A stretch of DNA of 64,000 nucleotides from Candidatus Yanofskybacteria bacterium (GTDB lineage: Bacteria > Patescibacteriota > Minisyncoccia > 2-02-FULL-40-12 > GWA2-44-9), in NCBI GenBank assembly GCA_020847715.1, contig JADLBM010000014.1:14420-78419 (forward strand). Direction: 5' to 3'. The stretch's first letter is position 1. Every line of letters starts with the position of its first letter. Under the pieces are notes generated by a model. That model saw nothing but the letters and a program-made list of their open reading frames with translations. It was not told the origin of the DNA and did no database searches. The translations under genes were made by a program, and so were the position numbers. This document shows, one piece after another, positions 18,841 through 26,918 of the stretch.

Positions 18841-19005
18841 GTGGATCTCGTTCTGAACTGCGAGCTGTGCGGGGATTCGATGGTCGTCACGGAGCTCCTG
18901 AGGTGTCCGAACTGCGGACTAAGCGTCGCGCTCTGCGAGGATTGCATCAGCGAGCACGATTGCGTGGCCGCGCAGGAGGAGCTCGAAGCGCGCGAGTGCG
19001 AGTAG
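18841..19005 (+). CDS. Small Cys-rich zinc-finger protein (54 aa)
   Basis: GGAGGTG RBS, GTG start; CELC..CPNC..CEDC..HDC. Confidence 0.7.
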   Translation: MDLVLNCELCGDSMVVTELLRCPNCGLSVALCEDCISEHDCVAAQEELEARECE

Positions 19006-19018
19006 GGTGAGTCACTGT

Positions 19019-19049
19019 CTTCCCGAGCCCACGCATGTGGGCTCTTTTT
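19019..19049 (+). terminator. Repeated intrinsic terminator, family B (second copy 21377-21409)
   Basis: TTCCCGAGCCCACGC(A)TGTGGGCTCTTTT in both copies. Confidence 0.8.
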
Positions 19050-19100
19050 CATTGACATTTCCTATATAATTTTGCACAATAGCCATCGGAGGATACCCAA

Positions 19101-19343
19101 ATGGAGCAGCTCCTTGCGCAATTGGCTCAGTTCATGGACCCGCAAGACCACGATCTCGACACGTTCAAGCTCGAACGACTCGTCGCGGCGCTCAAGAAGG
19201 CGCGGGAGGCGCGGCTACACGTGACGGTGGATCTCCAGCTTGTGCGGGTGGTCGTCATCAAGACGCCCGAAACGGCGGGCGCTGCGGAGGCGCTTCGGCA
19301 GGAGATGGCCGTGATGGACATGCTCGACATGCTGCGCTCCTAG
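19101..19343 (+). CDS. Hypothetical protein (80 aa)
   Basis: TTGACA-17-CACAAT promoter (19052-19080), GGAGGA RBS, terminator about 19352-19377. Confidence 0.7.
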   Translation: MEQLLAQLAQFMDPQDHDLDTFKLERLVAALKKAREARLHVTVDLQLVRVVVIKTPETAGAAEALRQEMAVMDMLDMLRS

Positions 19344-19449
19344 CGCTACCGACCGGAGATGCTGTCTCCGGTTTTTTGTTTGAAGCTTGCTCGGGTTTTG
19401 TATTTGGCAAAGAAGGCTAAGCGTGGTACAACAACGGCGGAGGTGAGGT

Positions 19450-19884
19450 ATGGAGCGAAGCCGCGTTGTGGTGACATCTCGGTACGGGGGTCAACTCGAA
19501 TGCACCTTTGATGGATACCGTCAGGAACCCGAACGGCTGGGTCCCGATGGAGCCCCGGAGAAGGTTGTGCAGTGGCGGGGGACGGGCGTTCTCGTTGATA
19601 ATGGCAGACGCTTTCCGTTCCTATTTACCACCGAACCCGAGCATGACCACCGATTCTACGCGCTTCGTGCTGCGGTGATTGCGATCCGGGACGACCGAGG
19701 CAATCGCCGGAATCCGATGTTCGTGTTCAACTGGCTCTCGATCGAGACGGATGTCGTCGAAACCATCCGATGGATGCTGAGATCGCGAATGGAAGAAGTG
19801 CTTCCGACCATTCGCATTCCTTCGCTTTCGGCAACCGCCCTCATGATGCGCGGCCTGATCTCGACGATTGACCGCATCACATAA
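19450..19884 (+). CDS. Hypothetical protein
   Basis: GGAGGTGAGG RBS. Confidence 0.65.
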   Translation: MERSRVVVTSRYGGQLECTFDGYRQEPERLGPDGAPEKVVQWRGTGVLVDNGRRFPFLFTTEPEHDHRFYALRAAVIAIRDDRGNRRNPMFVFNWLSIETDVVETIRWMLRSRMEEVLPTIRIPSLSATALMMRGLISTIDRIT

Positions 19885-19942
19885 TCCCCATGAGGCTTGG
19901 CAGGAAGATTGCGTTGCGGTAATATTGCGGTAGAGGTGTGAG

Positions 19943-20002
19943 ATGAAGAAAGCAAAGACCCGAAAGGTGAAGACGCGACGGAAGGTTCGGATTCTGCGCT
20001 GA
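19943..20002 (+). CDS. Putative highly basic micropeptide (19 aa)
   Basis: GAGGTG RBS; MKKAKTRKVKTRRKVRILR*; followed by a terminator. Confidence 0.45.
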   Translation: MKKAKTRKVKTRRKVRILR

Positions 20003-20013
20003 CCCAGCGCCAC

Positions 20014-20043
20014 GACCGAGGTTTACCCTCGGTCTTTTCTTTT
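20014..20043 (+). terminator. Repeated intrinsic terminator, family A (copies at 21007-21034 and 22125-22155)
   Basis: GACCGAGG-loop-CCTCGGTC followed by TTTTCTT in three copies. Confidence 0.85.
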
Positions 20044-20080
20044 CGGGAGCGCACTGGTATAACCACCTCGGAGGTGTGAG

Positions 20081-20407
20081 ATGCAAATGGTTCTTTCAGA
20101 AGCCGAAAGTCGGGCAAATCTGCTTAGGAGGTTCATAAGCATTCGCCCAGGCATGCTGTTTTCCTACCAGAAAGAGGGCGACTCCTCGCTGAAGCATCGA
20201 TTCTGTATTGCCATCAAGCAGTCGGGATCGCTGAGCTGGACTGTCGTCGAGCTGACGCGCGGGAACCGTGAGAAAATCACGAAGGGCCTGCCGTGCCGGC
20301 GCACCGACCTGAGCGCCTTCTCCATGTCGTGCATGAACATACCCGACACAACCGGGTACACGCGAAAAGCGCTCGCCGAGCTCGCTGGCGCCTCTGGGCG
20401 GAAGTGA
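20081..20407 (+). CDS. Hypothetical protein
   Basis: TGGTATAAC, GGAGGTG RBS. Confidence 0.65.
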   Translation: MQMVLSEAESRANLLRRFISIRPGMLFSYQKEGDSSLKHRFCIAIKQSGSLSWTVVELTRGNREKITKGLPCRRTDLSAFSMSCMNIPDTTGYTRKALAELAGASGRK

Positions 20408-20410
20408 CGC

Positions 20411-20731
20411 ATGGAACGCGCATTCAGTGAGCAAGAGCGGCAGGAGGCAAAGCGGAGGCTCCTCGCATACCTGCGCGAGATGCCTGATGACGGGAAGTGC
20501 TGTGTGTCGTGTACCTGCGGCCAGCACTCCTATACGGTCGCCGACCTCATTCAGGCGGTCGAACAGGAGACGGGCGAGGGGAAGAACCTCATCAGCCTCT
20601 TCCTTGAGGAAGACTTCCTTGAGACGGATGAGCTGCCGGTTCCAGATCCGCCACGGTCATTCTTCGGCCGTCTCTGGGACTCACTCAGGAGCCTCCGCGT
20701 TCCCGTGGAGGACAAGCACATCAAGCCGTGA
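20411..20731 (+). CDS. Hypothetical protein
   Basis: Starts 3 nt after upstream stop; Cys cluster CCVSCTC. Confidence 0.6.
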   Translation: MERAFSEQERQEAKRRLLAYLREMPDDGKCCVSCTCGQHSYTVADLIQAVEQETGEGKNLISLFLEEDFLETDELPVPDPPRSFFGRLWDSLRSLRVPVEDKHIKP

Positions 20732-21003
20732 GCGACCGCGCGAGCGCCGATGAGTATGCGGAGATTGTCAGGAGGGCGCGAGCGATTTTTCTCGAGGCGT
20801 ATACCCGTTCTGATGGAAGCGTGCGAACACGCCCTGTGCCGATCGCCTGCTCCGATCACGACGGCATTCTTGCCATGAACGTATTCGTGGCGACAGGTCT
20901 GTTCGAGCTTGCCGTTCAGGCAGACCAGCCTCCCGATGGTTCGTGTCGGCTTTTCCGAATCACGACCGCAGGCATCGAGTTTGCTGAGCTGACGAAGTCG
21001 TAG
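20728..21003 (+). CDS. Hypothetical protein, possibly winged-helix
   Basis: GTGA overlap; ends FRITTAGIEFA, like a wHTH wing; terminator follows. Confidence 0.6.
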   Translation: MSDRASADEYAEIVRRARAIFLEAYTRSDGSVRTRPVPIACSDHDGILAMNVFVATGLFELAVQADQPPDGSCRLFRITTAGIEFAELTKS

Positions 21004-21107
21004 TCTGACCGAGGTTTACCCTCGGTCTTTTCTTATCTGAAATAGACTCACGTGGAGCCTATTTACAAAATATATAAATGTAGTATTATAAAGACAAGGA
21101 GGTGCGC

Positions 21108-21371
21108 ATGGAGCAAGTCAGCTCAGCGGGGCAGCGTCCCACCAGCAGCATCGAAGGCGTTTCGACGAACCTGTCGCCTGAGGAATTCGCGGAGGTGATG
21201 CAGGCTGTCCGCGACGAGCGTGTCGTGTGGGACCTCTCGAAGGCGGTCTTCCTTCCTTTCGCGTGTGCAGGGGAGTTTGCCTCCGGAGAGTTCGTCCACA
21301 AGGGGCAGCGCTACCGGTTCACGGAGTCGTGGGAATCTCCGACGACCCTCATGCAGATCCGCGAGACCTAG
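21108..21371 (+). CDS. Hypothetical protein
   Basis: AT-rich promoter region, AGGAGGTG RBS, terminator B after the stop. Confidence 0.65.
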   Translation: MEQVSSAGQRPTSSIEGVSTNLSPEEFAEVMQAVRDERVVWDLSKAVFLPFACAGEFASGEFVHKGQRYRFTESWESPTTLMQIRET

Positions 21372-21444
21372 ACCGTTTCCCGAGCCCACGCTGTGGGCTC
21401 TTTTCTTTTCTGGAACATATTGCAGAATAGGTACGGAGGTGGGC

Positions 21445-22119
21445 ATGAGGATAGAAGAGTTGGTCGAGCTGCTGCGCGTTCGTGGCACCCGTGGGTTGGC
21501 GGTCGACATCGACGAAACCCTGTCGGACTCCAACCGGCACTGGTTCGACGCCATGTTCGCATTCGCCCGTCCGCACGGGAAGTCGCGCGACGACATCATG
21601 CGCGACCACAAGTTCGTCGAGGATGTGCCTGAGTGGCGCACGCCGGAGGCACGCGCGCGCATTCACGCGCTCCTACACTCCAACGAGTTCTGCACTGACA
21701 TCCCCGTTATCTCCGGCGCGCTGGAAGGGGCGTGGAGGGTCCACCTAATGGCGCGTATCGCCGCGTACATCACTGCCCGACCCGAAGCCGTCCGTCAGGG
21801 GACACTGCAGTGGCTCAAGCACCGAGGGTTTCCTGAGGCGCCCATCATCATGCGGGATGAAGATGTCGACCTGTCCGCCCACAACGACGGGAAGAACGGG
21901 TGGAAGGCGCGCATGCTTTCGGCCGCATACCCCTTCATCCTCGGTATCGTGGACGACAACGCCGGACTCACGCGAGCGCTCCGCGCTGTGAACTATGCGG
22001 GCACGCTGTTTCTGTACGGTCCCCAGTGGCAACCGGTGAACGCCAGTCCGAGCGTGATACTCTGTCCGACATGGAATGATGTCTCACAGGCGATACACCT
22101 GCGCTCCTGCGCATGGTAG
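21445..22119 (+). CDS. HAD-superfamily 5'-nucleotidase-like hydrolase
   Basis: AVDIDETL (DxD), YITAR, T.QWL..GFP, K, IVDD motifs. Confidence 0.8.
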   Translation: MRIEELVELLRVRGTRGLAVDIDETLSDSNRHWFDAMFAFARPHGKSRDDIMRDHKFVEDVPEWRTPEARARIHALLHSNEFCTDIPVISGALEGAWRVHLMARIAAYITARPEAVRQGTLQWLKHRGFPEAPIIMRDEDVDLSAHNDGKNGWKARMLSAAYPFILGIVDDNAGLTRALRAVNYAGTLFLYGPQWQPVNASPSVILCPTWNDVSQAIHLRSCAW

Positions 22120-22206
22120 CTCTCGACCGAGGCTCACCCCTCGGTCTTTTCTTTTCTAAAATATGTGGTATTATGTGTCTGTTCGTTTCCAATGAAAGGG
22201 GAACCA

Positions 22207-22947
22207 ATGCTGCAAGGCATGTTGGCGGCCGCGCTCGGCGCGGCTACGGGAACGGTTCTGGCGCTCATGATGGGCGCGCTGTGGCCGCTGGGCACCCTTC
22301 TGGGTGGCTTGGTCGGCTATCTCTCGTACAACACTCGCGAGGTCGCCGAGGCGACCCGACGGGCTCTTTCGGAGGTCCCGTGGCGCGTCTTCGCTCGGCG
22401 ATGGCCTGCGCTTCTGTGGAGCGTTCTCGCATTCACCTGTATCTCGCAGACCGTTGCCGTTCTGGTCTGGCCCTTCATGCATGAGATTGGGGTGCAGACC
22501 CCCGGTGTCATCTGGCGGATCCTTGTGGTTGCGACCCTCTTCGGCCCGTTGCCCGGCTTTTTTGGCGGTGTCGCCGCCATGATTGACCCCGATCCCACGA
22601 GTGTCTGGAGCTCCACCAAGCTTTACCGCTGGATGGCCATCAACCTGAACCTCGTCGTGCTCGCGTTCTACTGGGCTCCCGTCCTGCTCTTCCGTACGGC
22701 CAAGTGGTTGTTCGGAGTGCTCCAGCTCGGCATTCTCGCGATGCGCATCTGCGCGATGATGGCTCCACACATCCTCCGCGATGTGTACAGCGAGAAGCGG
22801 CTCATCGCCGGTCTCTCGGCGTTCCAAGGGGCGGTCATCGGCTACCTCGCCCACGACTGGGTCTTTGCGGGTGTCGCCGGCCTGTCGTTCTTCGTACTGC
22901 AGGTGAGCTTCATCCACCGACGCCTCGCGCCGCAGCAGGGGTGGTGA
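22207..22947 (+). CDS. Hypothetical multi-pass membrane protein
   Basis: Multiple TM segments; AAAGGGG RBS. Confidence 0.7.
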   Translation: MLQGMLAAALGAATGTVLALMMGALWPLGTLLGGLVGYLSYNTREVAEATRRALSEVPWRVFARRWPALLWSVLAFTCISQTVAVLVWPFMHEIGVQTPGVIWRILVVATLFGPLPGFFGGVAAMIDPDPTSVWSSTKLYRWMAINLNLVVLAFYWAPVLLFRTAKWLFGVLQLGILAMRICAMMAPHILRDVYSEKRLIAGLSAFQGAVIGYLAHDWVFAGVAGLSFFVLQVSFIHRRLAPQQGW

Positions 22948-22948
22948 C

Positions 22949-23356
22949 ATGATTACCACCTACGCCGTCGTCGGCGCTTTCGCGCTCTGGTACGCCTACT
23001 TCGGAACCGAATACTACCTGAACGGTGGAGCCCTCGGCCGAGGCCCCAGTCTCATGCCGTTTCAGTGTTTCTGGGACGAAGTCCGCCAAAACATCCCGGG
23101 AGGGTTGACCCGCAAGGCAGCCTTCATCCGCGAGCTTGCCGCACTGAAGCCCCATGGCGCCATCGTCGGGCGTCGTCGCGTCTGGCGGTATGCCGATGTT
23201 GCGGCTCACAGCCTCTACCGCGAGTGCGCGGCCGATGTGCTTCGAGGTTCGATTGAGTTCTGGGCAACGGTCGTTGGGGTTGTGAGTGTTGGCGCCATGC
23301 TCGGCATCGGCCTCAGCCTACTGCTCAAAGACGCACTCCACCTTCTGCTGTCGTAG
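22949..23356 (+). CDS. Hypothetical membrane protein
   Basis: Coupled to upstream gene; terminator 23365-23398. Confidence 0.6.
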   Translation: MITTYAVVGAFALWYAYFGTEYYLNGGALGRGPSLMPFQCFWDEVRQNIPGGLTRKAAFIRELAALKPHGAIVGRRRVWRYADVAAHSLYRECAADVLRGSIEFWATVVGVVSVGAMLGIGLSLLLKDALHLLLS

Positions 23357-23431
23357 TACACCACACACCTCATGCAATACGCATGAGGTGTTTTCTTTAC
23401 AACAACGCCCCGGTGAGGGGGCGTAGAGGGG

Positions 23432-23926
23432 CTAGGCTTTTGGTAGGTCATCATCGTCTCTGACCCGTCGAGTAGCTTCCTCAAGGTCGGGAGAATCGTC
23501 CCGTTCTTCGCTGTTGCCAAGCCTTGCTGCCATGTCGCAGACACGTTCGTCGATGGCAAGGTCGCATCCAGTAGCGGCCGCGATGGCAATTCCATCAGCA
23601 TCAGAAGTGTTCTGCGTCCATCGAGTGTTACCCTGTGCGAAGCGCACCACGGACATGGAGTCGTCGTCCCCGTTCGGAACGATGGCGACTCGCTCGACAC
23701 GGACATCGAATCGCTTGAGCAGATGAACGGTCAATCCGTGACACACAGGAAACTCGTATGAGCTTGTGTGTTTGACTTGCTGCGCCGCCGCGCGAATAAG
23801 CGCGACAACCTCTTCGCCGAAGTACATATTAAGTTGCCTCGATCCACTCACCTCATGGAGTACAATGAGCGGCTCTCCTGTTTGCGCGTGCCTTCCGATT
23901 GCAACGATCTTGAAAAGGATCTCCAT
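23432..23926 (-). CDS. Bifunctional nuclease (DUF151) family protein, divergent
   Basis: PLIVL.E...R.L, H.L...LL..F.V.VERV.I, DGIAIA...GC.L.I.E.V; GAGGAGG RBS. Confidence 0.7.
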   Translation of the reverse strand: MEILFKIVAIGRHAQTGEPLIVLHEVSGSRQLNMYFGEEVVALIRAAAQQVKHTSSYEFPVCHGLTVHLLKRFDVRVERVAIVPNGDDDSMSVVRFAQGNTRWTQNTSDADGIAIAAATGCDLAIDERVCDMAARLGNSEERDDSPDLEEATRRVRDDDDLPKA

Positions 23927-23981
23927 CCCACCCTCCTCTGTACGAGCCTAGGAAAGAATCCGGAACCCGTCAATGCCACGA

Positions 23982-24770
23982 CTAGAGCTTAATAATGTTC
24001 ACGCCGCCCCGCGTATCGATTTCGAGAATGCGGTAGCTCTGGCTGCCGAGATCAATCACAATGTGGTCGCGGCCACGGAACCACGCGGCGCGACGGATAG
24101 GCACCGAAAGGCGCGTAATCTGCTGGCGATCTCCCTCAGTGTGGAACGGCTGGTAGTCGGTGTTGCGGAGCCACAGCACAAAGACATCGTTTCGCGTCCA
24201 CCAGAGAATACGGCTGTTGTCGGTGGGGCGTGCGAATCCCAGCACCGATTCCGCAACGATGGAGGCAGATGCCGCATCGGTACGCCAGAGCGTCGTGCCC
24301 TTGAGCGTGAAGATGCCATCAGCCACACCGACTGCTGCCTTGTGTGGCTCAGATGAAAGTCGCGCAAGCGAGAGCGAAGCCGACGCTTCGTGCTTAAGAT
24401 CGATGACCGATTCGTCATCGAGAGGTAGAAGCATGACCGAAGGGAAATCAGTCAGGAAGCCCTCCTGCACAATTGCTTCTTTTCGCCATGTCGAGTGCCC
24501 GTCGCGCGAGAGGCGCACCTGGTAGGTGCCGGGGAGGAGGCGATCCTGCCCCGCACGATTGCCGAGGAACGAGGTCGAACCGCTCAGCTGGTCGTCTACG
24601 AAAAGCTCAGCTGATGTATTGACTGTTACCGCGATAGCTCCGGTGCGAACAAACTGGCCAGCGTTCCAATCGTAGGCGTAGCCCTGGGCATACCGGATGA
24701 CCACCCACGTAGCGACCGCAAACACGACAACTGCAATCCAAAAGAGGATCCTTCGCGTCCGTTTCTTCAT
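23982..24770 (-). CDS. PEGA-domain membrane protein
   Basis: N-terminal TM, YAQGY, TGAI.V, LLPG.Y.V.LS.DG..TW.K. Confidence 0.8.
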   Translation of the reverse strand: MKKRTRRILFWIAVVVFAVATWVVIRYAQGYAYDWNAGQFVRTGAIAVTVNTSAELFVDDQLSGSTSFLGNRAGQDRLLPGTYQVRLSRDGHSTWRKEAIVQEGFLTDFPSVMLLPLDDESVIDLKHEASASLSLARLSSEPHKAAVGVADGIFTLKGTTLWRTDAASASIVAESVLGFARPTDNSRILWWTRNDVFVLWLRNTDYQPFHTEGDRQQITRLSVPIRRAAWFRGRDHIVIDLGSQSYRILEIDTRGGVNIIKL

Positions 24771-24832
24771 GTCCCAAGTATACCGCATCCGCGTATTGAA
24801 ATATAGGCGAAATACCGCTATATTCAGGCGCA

Positions 24833-25837
24833 ATGACCCGCAAGATCGGCATCGACCTTGGCACCACAAATACCGTCGTTTTCACGCCGAAGAAGGGCAT
24901 CGTCATCAACGAGCCATCGGTTGTCGCTGTTTCAGTGCTCGATAACAAAATCCTTGCGGTCGGCAATGCGGCGAAGGATATGATTGGCCGCACACCCGAC
25001 AGCATCACCATCGTTCGTCCGCTCATTGATGGGGCGGTTGCCGATTACCGCGTAACCGGAGCGATGCTCCGGTACTTCATCAAGAAGGCGAGCGGCGTGT
25101 TCAATCTCCTCAAGCCGGAAGTGCTCGTATCGGTACCCGCGGGCATCACGAGCGCTGAGAAGCGCGCCGTTATCGAGAGCACGCTCGGTGCTGGCGCAAA
25201 AGCAGTCTACCTCGTAAAGGAGCCGGTGCTTGCCGCCATCGGTGCGCAAATTCCCATCAACAGCCCTATCGGCAACATGATCCTTAACATCGGCGGAGGA
25301 ACCACGGAGCTCGCCGTTATCTCGTTGGGCGGCATCGTATCCGCAAAGTCAGTTCGCGTCGGTGGGAACAAGTTCGACCTCGCCATCGTCGAGTACATCA
25401 AAAAGAAGCACGGCCTTGCGGTAGGGGAGCGCACCGCGGAGCTCATTAAGATCAATATCGGCAGCGCACTCCGCGGCACCCATGAGGATTCACTGAATGT
25501 GAAGGGTCGCGACCTTACGACCGGCCTTCCGAAGACCGTGCAGGTCACGAGCAACGAGGTCACTGAGGCGCTGGGAGAGCACCTGCGTGAGATTGTGCAG
25601 ATTATCAAGGGCGTACTCGAGATGACGCCTCCTGAGCTTTGCTCGGACATTATGGATCGCGGCATTATCATCTCCGGCGGCGGCGCCCTCCTCCGCGACA
25701 TTGCCGACCTCATCACGAAGGTGACGGGTGTTCCGGCACGTGTCGCGACCGACCCACTCTTCTGTGTTGCGCGCGGCACCGGAAAGGTGCTCGAGAACCT
25801 CGAGACCTACAAACGCAACGTCATCGCGAAGCGGTAG
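24833..25837 (+). CDS. mreB: Rod shape-determining protein MreB
   Basis: [31 protein letters not shown]. Confidence 0.96.
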   Translation: MTRKIGIDLGTTNTVVFTPKKGIVINEPSVVAVSVLDNKILAVGNAAKDMIGRTPDSITIVRPLIDGAVADYRVTGAMLRYFIKKASGVFNLLKPEVLVSVPAGITSAEKRAVIESTLGAGAKAVYLVKEPVLAAIGAQIPINSPIGNMILNIGGGTTELAVISLGGIVSAKSVRVGGNKFDLAIVEYIKKKHGLAVGERTAELIKINIGSALRGTHEDSLNVKGRDLTTGLPKTVQVTSNEVTEALGEHLREIVQIIKGVLEMTPPELCSDIMDRGIIISGGGALLRDIADLITKVTGVPARVATDPLFCVARGTGKVLENLETYKRNVIAKR

Positions 25838-25850
25838 GCATACTTCACGC

Positions 25851-26918
25851 GTGAAACTCGCTATCGTACACGACTGGATTGTCGACATGGGAGGCGCTGA
25901 GCGCGTGCTTATTGCGCTGCATCGACTGTGGCCGGAAGCGCCCATCTATACACTGGTCGCGAAGCCATCGACCGTGCAGCAATGGTTTCCGAACGCAACC
26001 ATCGTTCCGTCAGTCCTCCAGCGACTTCCTCGCGCATGGGCATACTATCCCGCGCTCGCGCCGATGATGCCATCGGCTATTGAGTCGTTTGACCTCTCTG
26101 GATTTGATACCGTTCTTTCTTCGTCCGCGCTCTTCTCAAAGGGCATCGTCGTCCGCCCCGGCACGCGCCACCTGAGCTACTGCTACAGCCCCGCGCGCAT
26201 GCTCTGGGACCGTTCCGCATCGTACGAACGCCGCGGGATATTCTCGCGGCTCTATCGCCATACGCTTCGTATCTGGGATGTCGCCGCCGCACAACGCCCC
26301 GACGAGCTCATCGCCATTTCCGCAACTGCTGCCGCCCGTATTTCGAAGTACTACCGGCGCTCCGCTATCGTCGTCCCGCCACCGACCCGCTCCGCCCCGC
26401 TTCCCGTCGCAGCATCCGCTCCCGCGCATCCATTCTTCTTGATTGTCGCACGACTCGTGCCACACAAGTCCCTCGAGCTGGTCGTTGACGCGTTCGCAAA
26501 ACTCAAATACCAGCTGGTTATCGTCGGCGACGGCCCGCTCCGGAGACGCCTGAGTCGCCGCGCACGCGCGAACATCACCTTCGCCGGAGCGGTATCCGAC
26601 GAACAACTCGACGAGCTCTACGCCACCTGCCAGGCGGTCGTCGTCCCAAACGAAGAGGACTGGGGGCTCACGGCGGTAGAAGCAATGATGCACGGAAAAC
26701 CCGTGCTCGCACTTCGTCGCGGAGGAGCGACCGAAACGGTTATCGAAGGCCTAACGGGAGAATTTTTCGATGACCCCATTCCGGAAGCACTTGCCGACGG
26801 CATCAAGCGCATCCGAACGAATATCCACACGTACGACGCCGAGAGAATCCGTACGCACGCAGATCAGTGGAACTCCGAGCGCTTCGAGCGCCGCATGCGC
26901 ACGCTCATCGAAGTATGA
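25851..26918 (+). CDS. Glycosyltransferase family 4
   Basis: IVHDW...GGAERV, EEDWGLTAVEAMMHGKPV. Confidence 0.92.
   Translation: MKLAIVHDWIVDMGGAERVLIALHRLWPEAPIYTLVAKPSTVQQWFPNATIVPSVLQRLPRAWAYYPALAPMMPSAIESFDLSGFDTVLSSSALFSKGIVVRPGTRHLSYCYSPARMLWDRSASYERRGIFSRLYRHTLRIWDVAAAQRPDELIAISATAAARISKYYRRSAIVVPPPTRSAPLPVAASAPAHPFFLIVARLVPHKSLELVVDAFAKLKYQLVIVGDGPLRRRLSRRARANITFAGAVSDEQLDELYATCQAVVVPNEEDWGLTAVEAMMHGKPVLALRRGGATETVIEGLTGEFFDDPIPEALADGIKRIRTNIHTYDAERIRTHADQWNSERFERRMRTLIEV

Noticed and set aside
19019-22155. CRISPR array or integron attC sites
   Set aside because: Repeats are about 1 kb or more apart, flank whole genes, end in T tracts and lack RYYYAAC/GTTRRRY boxes; no cas or intI genes
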